Below, in pieces: positions 40,193-53,655 of a stretch of 64,000 bases of DNA (the stretch's first letter is position 1; each line of letters opens with the position of its first letter). The notes under the pieces were generated by a model. The model was not told the DNA's origin and made no database searches. It saw only the letters and a list, made by a program, of their open reading frames with translations. Both the position numbers and the translations under genes were made by a program. Source of the DNA: Tubulanus polymorphus (taxonomy: Eukaryota; Animalia; Nemertea); the NCBI RefSeq assembly GCF_964204645.1, contig NC_134031.1, positions 9,424,001 through 9,488,000 on the forward strand, in the 5' to 3' direction.

Positions 40193-40854
40193 GTAAGGTA
40201 ATGTGCAATTGTTTGCAATCGACCGATCTAAGCTGTAAAATTTTAGATAATTGGAAAATTTCCTTAGCTTTTATATAATATGACCTGACCTGGAATGAAT
40301 AAGTCGTGAATAATCATTAGCAGACGGGCATGCTCTTAGTTTTTGTTGCTTTATGTCATCCTCTCTCAGAGTCTATTAAAATCACGAACGTCTGTTGAGT
40401 CTTAAAATTCCCATCATCACACTGACAAGCATCGAGTCCATTTTAAGAATTTTCTTTCTGCTTTCATTGTTCACCTCTGCCCTCTTGTGGGGTTATTATT
40501 AACGCAACTACCTATTGTGCATCGCTTCTGCCTCTACGCTGACCTCTAACTCTAGCCTTACCCCTAAGCTTGGGTAGCAGGGTGTAATATTTGAAATATT
40601 TGGCTGATAGTCAAAACAAAAATCACTTCCGGGTTCTTTGCTTTTATCAGAGTCCGATTCACTGCTTATTTCCAGGTCAGAAGCACTCTCTTCATCGGCT
40701 TGAATAATGCATAAGGCTTTGTTAACACTATATGTTCATCCTGACATGAAATGGGCACTTAACCCTACTTCAAATGTGATTTTGAGAATTTTTACCTTCA
40801 TGACGTGTGAGTCGATGACGTTATTTTCGTGTCACCTTATAACTTGTTGTTGAG

Positions 40855-41230
40855 ATGTCCACCCCTATTGAAAAAAAGGTCATTGGTGATCAAATATGGC
40901 TGCCAGTAAGGTGGTCATCTTGAATTTCTTGTTTGCATGATGCAGCCCGCAATTCTTGATGGATTTCCGCAAAATTTGGTGTGAGGATCAGGGTAGGGAA
41001 GCTGTCAATGTCTATTATTGTACATGGAGGTCGTCGGCTTTCAAATATGACCGCCAGGGCAGCCATCTTGATTATCTAGCATGAAACGGCCCGCAATTCT
41101 TTATGCATTTTCATGATAATTCGTGTAAGAATTTTGGTAGGTGAAATGTCTACCCCTCATTGAAAATTGAGGTCAAGTATGGCCGCCAGGGTTGCCATCC
41201 ATTTTCTTTTCAGCACGATGCAGCCTACAA
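40855..41230. repeat. Diverged satellite-like tandem repeat (about 2.5 units of ~150 bp), probably HINE-internal
   Basis: Recurring CAAATATGGC(C/T)GCCAG...CATCTTGA...GCCCGCAATTCTT motifs. Confidence 0.6.
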
Positions 41231-41743
41231 TTCTTTATGCATTTTTTCATGTAGTGTGATGTTTACGGCAGCTATGCTACTGACATGCTTGCTACTGAAA
41301 CTACTATATTTTGCGAAGTTCCGAAATGAATTATGTTGTTGAGATGAATTCACAGAATTTTCCGATTGTAAATGGCGTCACAATTCAATTGAGCTATCAC
41401 CAGTGCAATGGAGAATACAAGTTTTCAGCGAGCTCACTTCAAACCTATTTTTTCAGCATTTCAAAGTCCAAAATCAATTTTCTCTGCATTTTCAAAATAT
41501 GTGAAACTGTCTGTGTTGCCCAGCCTCTAACAGCCCAGTGGACCTAAATACCCTATCATGCCAAGAATTCTAAGATTTGTAGCTCATTACAAGATCTCTT
41601 GTGATCAGTTTTCAAGCACATTGATTTCTGTATTCATTCACCAGGGAGGGTTGAATATTGAATTGTCAGATTGTCAAGCATTTCACCAAGGGGGCATGGT
41701 GTTCCCTGGACCTCTAGTTATCTGCACATCTTCCTTTGAACAG

Positions 41744-41984
41744 GTGTAATTTGATGACAGTCATTTTACAACGGATGGTACAAGATCTACTGCCTGAAGG
41801 CTCGATTAAAACGTCAATTGGTCCAGAACTCTGTTTGACAAAGAATCAACTGGCATTAGATTTATTAACAACCACTTGGAAAGATATAAATAAGAAAGGT
41901 TGCATTACACTAAAATATATTCATACAATGGAACAACTACTCAATATTGGGGGAAGCCGCTGGTTCTGTGATGGGATTGTCAAG
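41744..41984 (+). CDS. MED24: MED24 internal exon
   Basis: aacag|G...AAG|gtaaga; IHTMEQLLNIGGSRWFCDGIVK matches IHIFDTLLHMGGVYWFCNNLIK. Confidence 0.96.
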
Positions 41985-42677
41985 GTAAGAGATAAGACAT
42001 TTTCATTTGTGATCCCATATATGTTATTTCCTTCCTTAAAAATCTGCTTAGAAATCCAGAACACCTGATATTTTGGATTGTCATGAGTATAGTAACCATC
42101 AAAACGCTTTCGTTGTTGGTAATGAACAATTATTGACAATGAAGCTGTTATGACTTTGGTTCGAATCCGGAGCTGTTTGGATGCGCCGATATGTCCAAAA
42201 CTTGATGCAATTCAGATATCTGATAATATTATTCACTTTATTTCTGCGCCGAGTTTCACACACGCAACAAGAATGGAATTAAGCGATGACGGCGATTCAA
42301 ATCTATAAAAAACCAAAATTAATCCTTAAGTAATTGTAGTACTTGGAAACTATTTAAACGTCGTTTCTAAAGATTATGTCCGCTTACTTGTTAATACAAA
42401 ATACAGAATTCTTAATAAACTTAAAGTACAGAACTATCTTACCGAGTTTGCCTCCAGATATTTTATCACGTTTCTTCCCCAAGCGCCATGACAGTATTGT
42501 CCCCAACCTGACCAATGGTCATTAACATTAAGCAAAACGAAAACTGACGAAACAAAAAGACATCATATTCTTAATAAAATTATCTTGAATAATTTAGAAG
42601 CGTTACTACACATTTCGACCCCTGGGACTATTTAAAAAGGTAATCAGCATTGTACATATAATCTGTTTTATTAACAG

Positions 42678-42915
42678 GAAATGCTTTGCCAGAGTCACCC
42701 AGAAGACTTACAGAAGGCTGTTTGTCTAACGTATGGACTTTTTCATATGGATATTGAACAATTGACTTTGTGTTTATTATGTAATACAATTCCATTGATA
42801 TTACAAAGTACAGACTACAAAAGCTTGATTTTAATCGACCCAAAAGGACGGACTCTAGCACAGCTATGTACCATGTGTGTTGCAGCTACTTTCCAAGTCA
42901 AACAGCACGGAAAAG
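42678..42915 (+). CDS. MED24: MED24 internal exon
   Basis: aacag|GAA...G|gttgga; AVCLTYGLFHMDIEQLTLCLL...LIDPKGRTLAQLCTMC matches AVELLYSIFCLDMQQVTLVLL...LMDPPGTALAKLAVWC. Confidence 0.96.
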
Positions 42916-42991
42916 GTTGGAATTGTTTCTTTGTTTTTCCCTTTGCAACTGAATACCTCTGTGCATGGATTTGATATTTATCTTTTCTCAG

Positions 42992-43135
42992 ATTCATTGA
43001 GTCTGGTTCGTAGGGGTCGGAAACGCACTCGAAAGGAATATGAAATGGATGAAGAAATTGAGGAAGTTAAACCAAACAAACAGCGCAAACTTCATGAAGA
43101 AGTTTTAACACTTACAACAGAGGATTTTAATTATG
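42992..43135 (+). CDS. MED24: MED24 internal exon (ends 43135 or 43144; duplicated donor)
   Basis: ctcag|AT...G|gtaatt; RRGRKRTRKEYE corresponds to RQKKRHREDIE; phase 1-1 fits both neighbours. Confidence 0.9.
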
Positions 43136-43787
43136 GTAATTATGGTAATTCAATCTTAAAACATATTTCGCATTTAGCCCACTTGGTGTGTAGCCAAGGC
43201 TTGCACTAGTGCTTATCAATAGACTTACACACACACGCACACATCCGCACACACATGCACTATACACTATTGAAACTGTAACATGGCTTGCTAGCATGCC
43301 TATGAATGCATTGTTTCAAATGAAAGTTTTTTTTTATGCCCCCACAATGTGTTTTGGGGGCATACTGTATTCACTTCGTCGTCTGTCCGTCCGTCTGTCC
43401 ACAGTGGTTTCCGTGCCCTAGCACCTAAAACATGAAATTCAACAATTGTGTTGTATTAGATGAGGTAAGTAACTGATAATTTTTGGGTCCTGTAGGTCCA
43501 AGGTCAAGGTCATAGGAAGCCATTTTGTGAATTTAATTTCTGGGCTCAATTTCATAAACTGTTTTGAAAATGTAGTGAAAACTATGGATGGGATATCCTA
43601 GAGACTGTAGGTAACTGTGTAGATTTAGGGTCCTGTCGAGGTGTTTTGTATTTTTCATTTCTGACCTCTAAATCATAGATGGTGTAAGATAGTTTGGTCA
43701 AATTTTATTGATGGTTTACCCTAGAGACCCTGTACTGTAGAATTTTCTGAATGCCAGATTCATCGGAAGTTTCAGTAACATTGTTTC

Positions 43788-46000
43788 AATGACATGGTTT
43801 CCACACAAAAGGCTCTTTTGCTTGCCAAGTGAGGGCATATTCGAACAAATCACATATTTAAGCGTAATCCATTCTCGGAATCGTAGCGAGCAGAATTTTG
43901 AAATAGGGTTTCATAAAAATGTTTTCTGCATTTTTCACGAAAATTAAATCGGGAAAATTTCAATTTTTATCAGCCAATCAGGAAGTTGTGTCTTCCCTGT
44001 GATTGGTTTATCTGAAAATATCAGCAGCTGTTCACGTGAATTATCCTGATTTCATTACTGGCGCTTTTGCGCATGACGTCATGTATCATCATGCGACAAT
44101 ACTTCCGCGTTCGCTACGTGTTCGCTGATGGGCCATTTACTGGGAAATTCCACAGAAGCCTAATGTGGTGTGTTACAAGCGCTGTGATTGGCCCGACCCG
44201 ATTCTGGCATGGCTTTAGCTTAGTGGGTTCGAATTCCTTGACGGGTGAAGATGATGGATCCTATCGATGCTATCAACAAATAAGTTTCCCGGTTGGGCAG
44301 CCGCGGATATCTACCGGAAGTGTTCCGGTACGATATTTCGAGGTTTCTTTGAATTTTGGAGTGATATTGAAATCCGGTAAATGTAGATTGTGAAAACCCA
44401 TTGCATGATATTTGTATTACTTAATCAACGAAAGCGTCGGGCCGTACCAGGAGTTTTCCCGATTCAAATAGCTCAATAGCCTACTTCTTCGTGTTCGTCC
44501 ACCTCAATTTTCACTCCGCCGATCTCTGACATGATTCTGTCGCCGTCGGCGCTGTGATTGCTCTATTCGTACCACCAAAATTTTTTCTATATCAGGGAGG
44601 TCTGGAGAATAAAAAAGTCAAAATTTGGATATCACGTAGGCCTGATTTCATCGAATAAGTCGACCATGGTCGTTACGTTTCCGTACCAATTACCACCTAA
44701 AACCGTCTGAACAATTTTGTCACAACCAACATTTCGTTTACAGAAATCAGGTGTTCACGTGAACCCGCGGTATCGTCTACTGTTCTACTTGCGGGTTTTA
44801 TTTTAAGATTTAAAATCGTATTTCTAGATCGATTTCTATGAAATCTTTAGTTGATTTGGTGTTTGGGAGGAATTTTTATTTGCTCTACAGAAAATTCACC
44901 CTTGACAATTGCGCAAGGTTCGCGAAAAAATAGCTTTTCCCAAATCGGGTGTATGACCCTGATATGCTAATTAGCGCAAGGTTCGCGAAAAAATAGCTTT
45001 TCCCAAATCGGGTGTATGACCCTGATATGCTAATTAGCCATGTGCTCGAAATGCAAATTCAATCAAATTTTATTCTGCCAAGAAAATGTTAAATCCAATT
45101 CGCTTTCCGAGAGTTAATGGTATGCTGCACGGAACAAAGTTGTTTTGAGATGGGTCTTGAAGCTATTGAGGTCGAGAGATCTTAACCATCTAGTTCAAAA
45201 GTTTTGAAGACGCTTCAAGGTAATGTCTTGATATTTGGTGTATACGTGTATCTACCCTAGACACATCTTCAGGCCAAAAACTGGCCCTGTCAGATTCAAG
45301 ATGGCTGACTGGCAGCCATTGTTGTTCGCCAAAATCAGCACTTTTTACACATTTTTGAAGTTTTTGAGGGAAATTTTGAAGACACTTTTATCAATAACCT
45401 TGATCATTCGTATATTTGTATCCCCCAAGGGCCCATCGGCATGAGAAAAATTGGGTCGATCGGACTCAAGATGGCCGTCCTGTGACCTTTTTTGTTCCCA
45501 AAAATGTCAATTTTGTCCTGAATTCCTGTAGCTTTCTAATGGTGTGCCATTTTTCATTGCAATTTGTATTGGGTATTCTTTGGAAAGGGATCTTTTATAT
45601 CCGAGAGCGTATTTTTGACCAGGCAATTATGACGCAATTGGCGGCAATCTTGGGGTCATCAGTACTCATTCGTAGGTGGAAAAAAAGTTTTTCCACGTCA
45701 TATTGATACTTAAGCATATTTTGCTACCATAATCAATTGGAAAGTTGTATCTCTTGACATGTTCTATGATTGAGGTGAGTTTCAAGCTCATTGGTTTTTT
45801 TTGTGGCCACCAGGTTGAACAATACAATAACTTAGTATTTCTATATTACATTCGTTCCTGCTGTCTGTGTTAACACACGATTGTACTATGTAAATGATAT
45901 TGAGCAGGGAGTGTATATTGATAAATATAACCCACAGATTACATCATTTATAAAAAGCAAATCTGACAGGCTGGCCATTGTGCCCCTTGGGGCTCTTGTT
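43788..46000 (+). mobile_element. HINE family A, copy 2 (5' end missing; 63-bp tandem duplication at 44911-45036)
   Basis: Colinear with 220-2215; same 3' GGCTGGCC + GCCCCTTGGGGC hairpin + CTTGTT. Confidence 0.85.
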
Positions 46001-46079
46001 AACATGTTTGAGGAGTTTCAGTTAGATTCATCGGGGACGAAAATCCGCAGAGACGCAGATTTCAGCGGTTGAAGGTCCA

Positions 46080-48345
46080 TTTTCATGGGCTTGCAAGCCC
46101 ATATTGCTATCACACGGATTGATAACTTGCTTGGGGAGTCGATAACTTTCGTTAGAAACTTACTTGGGCTCTGATATTTACGCACATTTAATGCAGTAAT
46201 ATAATCTAGGTTCCTTTCGTAAATTGGCTATATCGGTTGTCGTTTTCATTGTTTTATGATTTTGTTTAATCGTTTTTGTTATTTCAGCAGCGCATACCAA
46301 CCTTGGTTGAGCGTGCGTAATCAGTCTTGAAATTGGTATTCATGCGCGGCATAGTACTGCCGACAATTCAATTCATTTTTTATTGACACAATTAAAATAT
46401 CACAATAAACCATTTACTTTCACGTTTTTGAAAAACTATTTTATTTTTCTTTTACTTTCATTAGGTGCTGGCATTTGTGGCCATTTGAAAAATCTCTGTA
46501 TGAACATTATTTATATTTTTCAGTTTAAATATCTAAAACTTAAAAACCGCTTTTCTATAAAATAAATTCTGAATTGAATTGAAGACTGGTTCCCTGTCTC
46601 CAAAGAGCCAGGGGGCGGTAGTCTATGGTGGCAATAAACTTTATCGGATGATCGTAGTGGATTGTCGTTTGAAGGAAATGCAACTTATTCTTGCTTAATG
46701 TCTTTATTATTTAAAAAAAAAAAATCGTGGCTCCTATTTTCGTGTTCGCTTCTCTTCACCTGAAGTAACTGGAGTTAGTCACGTCTTTAGCCCACTGAGG
46801 ACTTCAGTCCCTGCGGGCTATTGAGTTCACTTTTCGTCCACCGTCCGTCCGTCTGTCCATAGACGGAATCCAATTATTTTGGGAAGTTTTGAAGACGCTT
46901 CAATGTAATGTCTTGATATTTGGATTACACATGTATCTATCTACGCTAGACATGTCTTCAGCCCAAAAACTGGTCCTGTCAGAATCAAGATGGCCGACTG
47001 GCAGTCATTGTTGTTCGCCAAAATCAGCACTTTTTACACATTTTTGAAGTTTTTGAGGGAAATTTTGAAGACGCTTTGATTAATTTCCTTGATCTTTGTT
47101 TTATATTTGAATCCTCCAAGGGCCCATCAGCAAAAGAAAAATTGGGTCGATCGGACTCAAGATGGTCGTCCTATGACCTTTTTAGTGCCCAAAAATATCA
47201 ATTTTGGCGGGAATTCTGGGTCCTGTAGCTTCCTACTGATTTGCCATTTTTCATTGCAATTTGTGATGGCCAATTATGACGCAATTGGTGGTCATCTTGG
47301 TGTCATCAGTACTCATTGGTAGGTGGGGAAAAGTTTTCCACATTATATTAATACCTAAGCATATTGTGTTACTACAATCAATTGGAAAGTTGTAGCCCAT
47401 ACATGATGTGTTCTATGATTTTGGTGAAGGCCATTGGTTAATGTATATGGCCACCAGGGGGCGTTGAATAATACAATAACTTAGTGTTTCTATATTATAT
47501 TTGTACCTATGCCTATTTTGTTACCACAATCAATTGCAAAGCTGTAGCTCATGACATCGTCTATGATTGTGCTGAGTGTTGAGGACATTAGTTATTCTAT
47601 ATGGTCACCAGGGGGCGTTAAATAGTAGAATAACGTAGTATTTCCTTATTAGATTGGTACCTAGGCATATTTTGTTATCATGATCAATTGCAAAGTTATA
47701 GTTCATGACATGTTCTATGATTGTGGTGAGTTTCAAGGTCATTGGGTTTTGCATATGGTCACCAGGGGGCGTTGATAAGGAAAGTAACTTAGTTTTTCCA
47801 TATTAAGTTGGTAACGAGGCATATTTTGTTATCACAATCAATTACAAAATCGTAGCTGCTGACACGTTTTATGATTGTGGTGGGTTTCAAGGTCATTGCT
47901 TTTTTATATAGTCACCAGGGGGTGTTGAATATTAAAATTGTTGGATTGTTGAGCATTTGAAACCACTTCCCAAGTGGGCATGGTGTCCCTGGACCCCTAG
48001 TTTCTTTCAGTTGTAAATATTTCTATGCAAAATCATTTCAACACAATCCGATAAGTAATCTAGCAATTATCAAAATGATGATAGATTCCGTTAAGACACT
48101 GCAATATTCAAATAACAACTTCCCAAAAGCTTGCACTTACTTGGTCCACGTCTACAATAAAACCATTCCGATTCCCAGTCCGTGTGTAACATTTCATGTA
48201 GTGATGTGACAACACCGATCTCTTAGCTCTTTTAAAAGTAATCAGATCAAAGTTCGATTAATTCTACTACAGAAATACAAAACCACCAAGCCAGCTTTCA
48301 GTACAACCATGTCAGCAAGCCCATTTTTAGAATTTCTTTCTTGTT
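46080..48345 (+). mobile_element. HINE family B, full length, containing a nested family-E element
   Basis: 5' TTTTCATGGGCTTGCAAGCCCAT; 3' GCAAGCCCAT...TTCTTGTT. Confidence 0.78.
46786..48002 (+). mobile_element. HINE family E (DINE-1/pearl-like) with (CGTC)n and four ~154-bp tandem units
   Basis: 5' TTTAGCCCAC, CGTCCGTCCGTC microsatellite, ACCAGGGG recurring at 47453, 47607, 47761, 47914; 3' GTGGGC...GGACCCCTAGTT. Confidence 0.85.
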
Positions 48346-49131
48346 ATCATTCTTGAGATTGATGTAGAACTGTTGAGAAAATGATGGGGGGGGGGGGATT
48401 TGGGTCTTGGGAAAAAGTTGATAGTTAGATCGTAGCACACTTAAAGAACAGACTGTAAAAGTGTCTTATAAAACCGGTGCTACAATATTTCTGAAATCTT
48501 TTTTACAACAATATCATTGCGAAACATATATAGAACTCATTCTATCCTTGCAATTTGGCTTACGATTTGTCTGTGATCAATTCTTTGCGGTTGTAAGTAA
48601 ACTCATATAGAAACGATTTCAATGAAAAAAACCGTTGACTCGCCTCCCGACGATCCAACAAGATGATCAGGTCATAGTTCGACCTGAGCTTAGCTTAAGA
48701 TGATCTTGACCTAGGTGACAACTGCCCACTAAGGAATCAAGGAAGGATTTCAATATTTCTGACCGTAAGGATCTAGGAACCACATGAACTGGGATGATTT
48801 TCTCAGTTTTAGTAACTTGGTGTGTATAAGATAACATCGCATCCATAATACATTATTGGTCTGCCCTTCAACTGAGTTCTCGAAAAAGAGTTTTTCATCG
48901 TTGACTGTGTACGATGAATATAATTTCCGTTCTAGGATATGACAAACTTAAGGGCAAACAGAATTATCATAGTAGATATTTATCATTATACTTCGTACGA
49001 CTTAGGGATATCAGGGTGACACGACAATGTTATGAATAACGACTTCAACTAAATTGAATCCATGATGATTATCTCCTGCTCTATGAATGAATTCTACAAA
49101 TCAAAATCAAATGTTCTTTATTTAATTGCAG

Positions 49132-49206
49132 ATTTCAGCACGGACAAGGAAGAAGTTGAGTTAGTTCCACAATATGATACTAAAGATCCGCTGAATAAAG
49201 CTTTGG
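49132..49206 (+). CDS. MED24: MED24 internal exon (last in window; remaining exons not found before 64000)
   Basis: tgcag|AT...G|gtatgt; YDTKDPLNKAL matches VNMRDPLNRVL. Confidence 0.92.
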
Positions 49207-49936
49207 GTATGTCCTAAAATTATTCTAATCTGATTGTTTTAAAGATTTGAATTGTTTTTTTCAATGTTTCTGAGTTTGACGTTAAAATATCGCATTTACC
49301 TTTCACCTTGTTATCTATTTGTGGGGGTATTTAAAATAGGTTATCCTTGAAGGTCATTCACAGAAGGAACTTATATATAGAAATCTTCATTAAGTTGGGA
49401 TTGTTTTGGTTAAAATGTGTCGTATCAAACTTAGACACATCTGCAGCGAAAAGTTTTGCAGAATAAGAGCGAATTTTGCAAAATTTTGATGTGTACAGGG
49501 AGTTCCCAAAAAACATAATGCTGTGAAAAAAGATTATAATCACCATGTCATGTGAAATTCCTGGGATCATCATCGTATTGTACCATTCCAGGTATTTAAT
49601 AGCCCTAAATCTGTAAGTTGCTCATAAAAGTGTGCATGCACTCTTTTACATTTTTTGCAAGTTGCTCATGCACACATTATTTCTGCTCATGGTTAGAAGT
49701 ATGAGCACATAATTTTGTTCATGCATGTCAAAACACATGTGAGCAGAAATCCAAGGTATAAATTCTTGCTCATGTCCTCAATATATAAAGAGTTTTTTAA
49801 CTTCATATTGGATAAAATATAATTAATTGCATATACTAGACTTACGAATTTTTATACCTACCCGTCATACAAATACCCTATACGATATTTATGCATAATA
49901 ACAGAAAGTGGATGTATTTTATAGCTCACTAGGCCA

Positions 49937-51134
49937 TTTTAGCCCACTTTGGACTTTAGTCCCAGCGGGCCATTGCGTTCACTTTTCGTCCAGACGTCCG
50001 TCCGTCCATAGACGGAATCCAGTTATTTTGGGAAGTTTTGAAGACACTTCAATGTAATGTCTTGATATACGGGTTACACATGTATCTACCCTAGACAAAT
50101 CTTCAGCCCTAAAACTGGCCCTGTCAGAGTCAAGATGGCCGACTGGCAGCCATTGTTGTTCGCCAGAATCAGCACTTTTTACACATTTTTGAACTTTTTG
50201 AGGGAAATTTTGAAAACGCTTCGATCAATTACCTTGATCTTTCGTATATATATTTGATCCCCTATCAGCATAAGAAAAATTGGGTCGATCGGACTTAAGA
50301 TGGCCATCCTATGACCTTTTTAGTGCCCAAAAATGTCAGCTTCCTATGATGGGTATTCTTTGGAAAGGGAAGTTTTATACCTGAGACAGGGATTTTTGAT
50401 CAGCCAATTATGGCGCAATTGGCGGCCATCTTGGTGTTATCAGTACTCATTCGTAGGCGGGAAAAAGTTTATGTTGATACCTAAGCATAATTTGTTACCA
50501 CAATCAATTAGGAAGTTATAGCCCATAACGTGTTCTATGATTTTGGTGTGTCTCAAGGTCATTGGTTTTTGTATATGGCCACCAGGGGGCGATGAGAATA
50601 ATACAATAACTTAGTATTTCTATATCATGTTCGTACCTATGCATATTTAGTTACCACAATCAATCGCAAAGTTGTAGCTCATGACATCGTCCATGATTGT
50701 GGTGAGTTTTAAGGACATTAGTTATTCTATGTGGTCACCAGGGGGCGTTGAATAGTACAATAACTTAGTATTTCCTTATTAGATTGTTACCTAGGCATAT
50801 TTTTGTTACCATGATCAATTGCAAAGTTGTAGTTCATGACATGGTCTATGATTGTAGAGAGTTTCAAGGTCATTGGGTTATGCATATGGTCACCAGGGGG
50901 CATTGAATAGTAGAATAACTTAGTATTTCCATATTAAATTGGTAACGAGTCATATTTTGTTATCACAATCAATTACAAAATTGTAGCTGCTGACATGTTC
51001 AATGATTGTGGTGAGTTTCAAGGTCATTGGTTTTTGTATATGGTTACCAGGGGTCGTTGAATATTCAAATTGTTAGATTGTTGAGCATTTGAAACCACTT
51101 CCCAAGTGGGCATGGTGTCCCTGGACCCCTAGTT
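49937..51134 (+). mobile_element. HINE family E, copy 2 (extra orphan array units at ~51255-51565)
   Basis: Same termini; ACCAGGGG at 50581, 50737, 50892, 51046. Confidence 0.85.
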
Positions 51135-51564
51135 CTAATAGCTTAGTTTATGGGGTAGACAGTAAAATATCATTACGGAGGGAGAAATGAAAATATGGAA
51201 AAATTTACCTCTGAGATAAAATCACTTTTTGATGTAAGAGTGAACTGATGATCTTTCTATATTATGTTTGTACCTATGCATATTTTGTTACCACAATCAA
51301 TTGCAAAGTTGTAGCTCATGACAGGGGGCGTTGAATAGTACAATAACTTCGTATTTCCTTATTAGATTGGTACCTAGGCATATTTTTGTAACCATGATCA
51401 ATTGCAAAGTCGTAGTTCATGACATGGTCTATGATTGTGGTGAGTTTCAAGGTCATTGGGTTTTGCATATGGTCACCAGGGGGCGTTGAATAGTAGAATA
51501 ACTAAGTATTTCCATATTAAATTGGTAACGAGGCTATTTTGTTATCACAATCAATTACAAAATC

Positions 51565-53437
51565 TTCTGGCAAAAGTTGAATGGGAAGCATATGTGAAGG
51601 AAAAACTGAGAAATCCATGTCCAATCGAGCAATCATTCTCATAAGCAGCCATGTTTGGTCTCGAATATTTCTAACAAAAGGGAACTTGATAGCGTCGATG
51701 TCTTCAACTCTCGGGGGTGTCTGACATACACAAGGTTTCTTTTAAGGGATAAAACCCAGGTCACAATTTTTAAGATTGAGCGACTTTGTTTTCCCTCTTT
51801 TGATTGGTTCCCGTAGATTTGATGTATGGTTTTCTGGTTGTTCCTGAAACACCACACAGGCCATTGTGTAGAAGGTATTAAATCCATCGATTGTTTCACT
51901 GTTGAGGTCAATGTTGTCGTCACATTCTTGTATAAAAGATGATGGAACCAATCCTGGTGAACGTGGGTTCTCTCATCACGCATTATTTCTTCCTCAGCAA
52001 TTGATGTAAGTAATCTTTGTAGCTCGTCATACGAACTTGTTATTCCATTAGCGTGAAGAGTATCTATGATGCTCTTCTTTCCATATTCATGGTGAAGTTG
52101 AACAGCCAGTCCCAGGCTCAATGGCGTAAAAAAGGGCTGATGAGAAACAATGGTATTTCTTTTCGTGGTCTTAGATCCCACGAGATTACCCAGTTTTGTT
52201 CAATTGTTTTTTGGAGAGCTTGGATCTAGGCCTATAATCGGGGATCGATCACAATATCAATTTGATACATGCAAACAAGGTTATTTTGTCCACTCAGAGG
52301 TACTGTTTTCGTTTTCGCTCTATGTACTTACCATCACCGGCATAAAACTACGAGCATAGCTTTCACCCTTTTCTTGATTCTTAACATGAGACAACTGTCA
52401 TACGACACCGTTTGAGAAACTCCACAGCAAGATTTTCGAAGCAGACGAATTTGCAAACGGGTTATATTGTTGTTGCGTTATATACATAGTAAGCATACTG
52501 TATGCATAAAAACAAAAAATACATGTCATACATGAGACATTGTCGTTATATATTTCTGAGATGCTGAGATCATCATAATCATATCATAAGCCACTTTTTC
52601 GTTTTGAAAGAATGTAACACATTCTAGGCCTAGATGAATAATTTCAATAACTGAATTAATGACTGCTGGAATTCTGTGCAACGGCCAAAAAGGTATAAGA
52701 ATATGTAAATGCATAGTAACTCACGTTGGACATCATTATTCGTATTCACTTTGCGTGAAGAGGATTTTTGCGGAAATTTTATTGGAAATTGGAAAATTGT
52801 TAAGTTTTTTTAAGCATGTTTCCATGGTAACACGTTCAACAATATAGACAAAATGATAACCAATGGAAAGCTCTGACTGTATAGATTAGTACGGTATACA
52901 ATTTTACTGTTTTTGCAGGTTTTTGTTGTGCCCATAGAAACCGTAGTGACGAACTATCAAGTAAAATATAACAATTTTGCAAAGAATGCCCAAAAACTAT
53001 ATCTTTCAGTAAATATGGTTGAATGATTTTACCTCCATCGAAAAGAGCGGCTCAATATCATTTGAGATCGATATTTTGTTTGCTATTTCCCTTCGTCATA
53101 TATGGCAAAAAAACGCATTAGAAATATTGTATTGATAATAGTAATTCCAACAATGGCTTTGTTCAGAGGCAGTTTCCATGGTGACTGATACCACAAATCA
53201 AGGTTGCATTGTTGCTAAAAATGATTGGCAACAAATAAACTATCATATAAACAATAAACATTTTGGTTGTCTCATGGATGCATTAAACTTGTTAAATTTT
53301 GATTCTGCCGCCCGCCTATTTGAGATACCTGTATCCCATGTGTTTATGTTGGCATAAACAAGTGAAATGTAATTCCAGTTTCATGCTTGACTTGAACTAA
53401 ATGATGCAAAGCAGTGATAATGGCTTTTCTGGAGCTA
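51565..53437 (-). mobile_element. Truncated Academ-like DNA transposon: transposase fragment plus probable terminus
   Basis: TPLSLGLAVQLHHEYGKKSIIDTLHANGITSSYDE, then after a frameshift FIQECDDNIDLNSETIDGFNTFYTM; minus strand begins TAGCTCCAG at 53437 (TAG start as in Academ); family assigned from recalled motifs. Confidence 0.65.
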
Positions 53438-53475
53438 TAAAATACGGTCCCAATTGACAAGTTACTCGGGCATTT

Positions 53476-53655
53476 GCTCGGCCGAGCGTTATGTCAGAAA
53501 GTTGTTTACTCAGCCGAGTGATTGTTCGAATTCGACAATCCACTTGGCCAAGCTCAGTAAAAGTTAAGTTCTTTACTCGGCCGAGTAAACGATAGAATTC
53601 GCCAATCTACTCGGCCGAGTGACTTATTAATTTCTGCTGTCACACTCGGCCAAGA
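53476..53655. repeat. Phased array of six palindromic (A/G)CTCGGCCGAG(T/C) 12-mers, probable transposon subterminal repeats
   Basis: Starts at 53476, 53508, 53542, 53575, 53609, 53644 (spacing 32-35 bp). Confidence 0.85.

Noticed and set aside
53476-53655. CRISPR-like array (palindromic repeats with regular spacers)
   Set aside because: Repeats are only 12 bp, alternate spacers resemble each other, no cas genes are present and the context is a eukaryotic intron.
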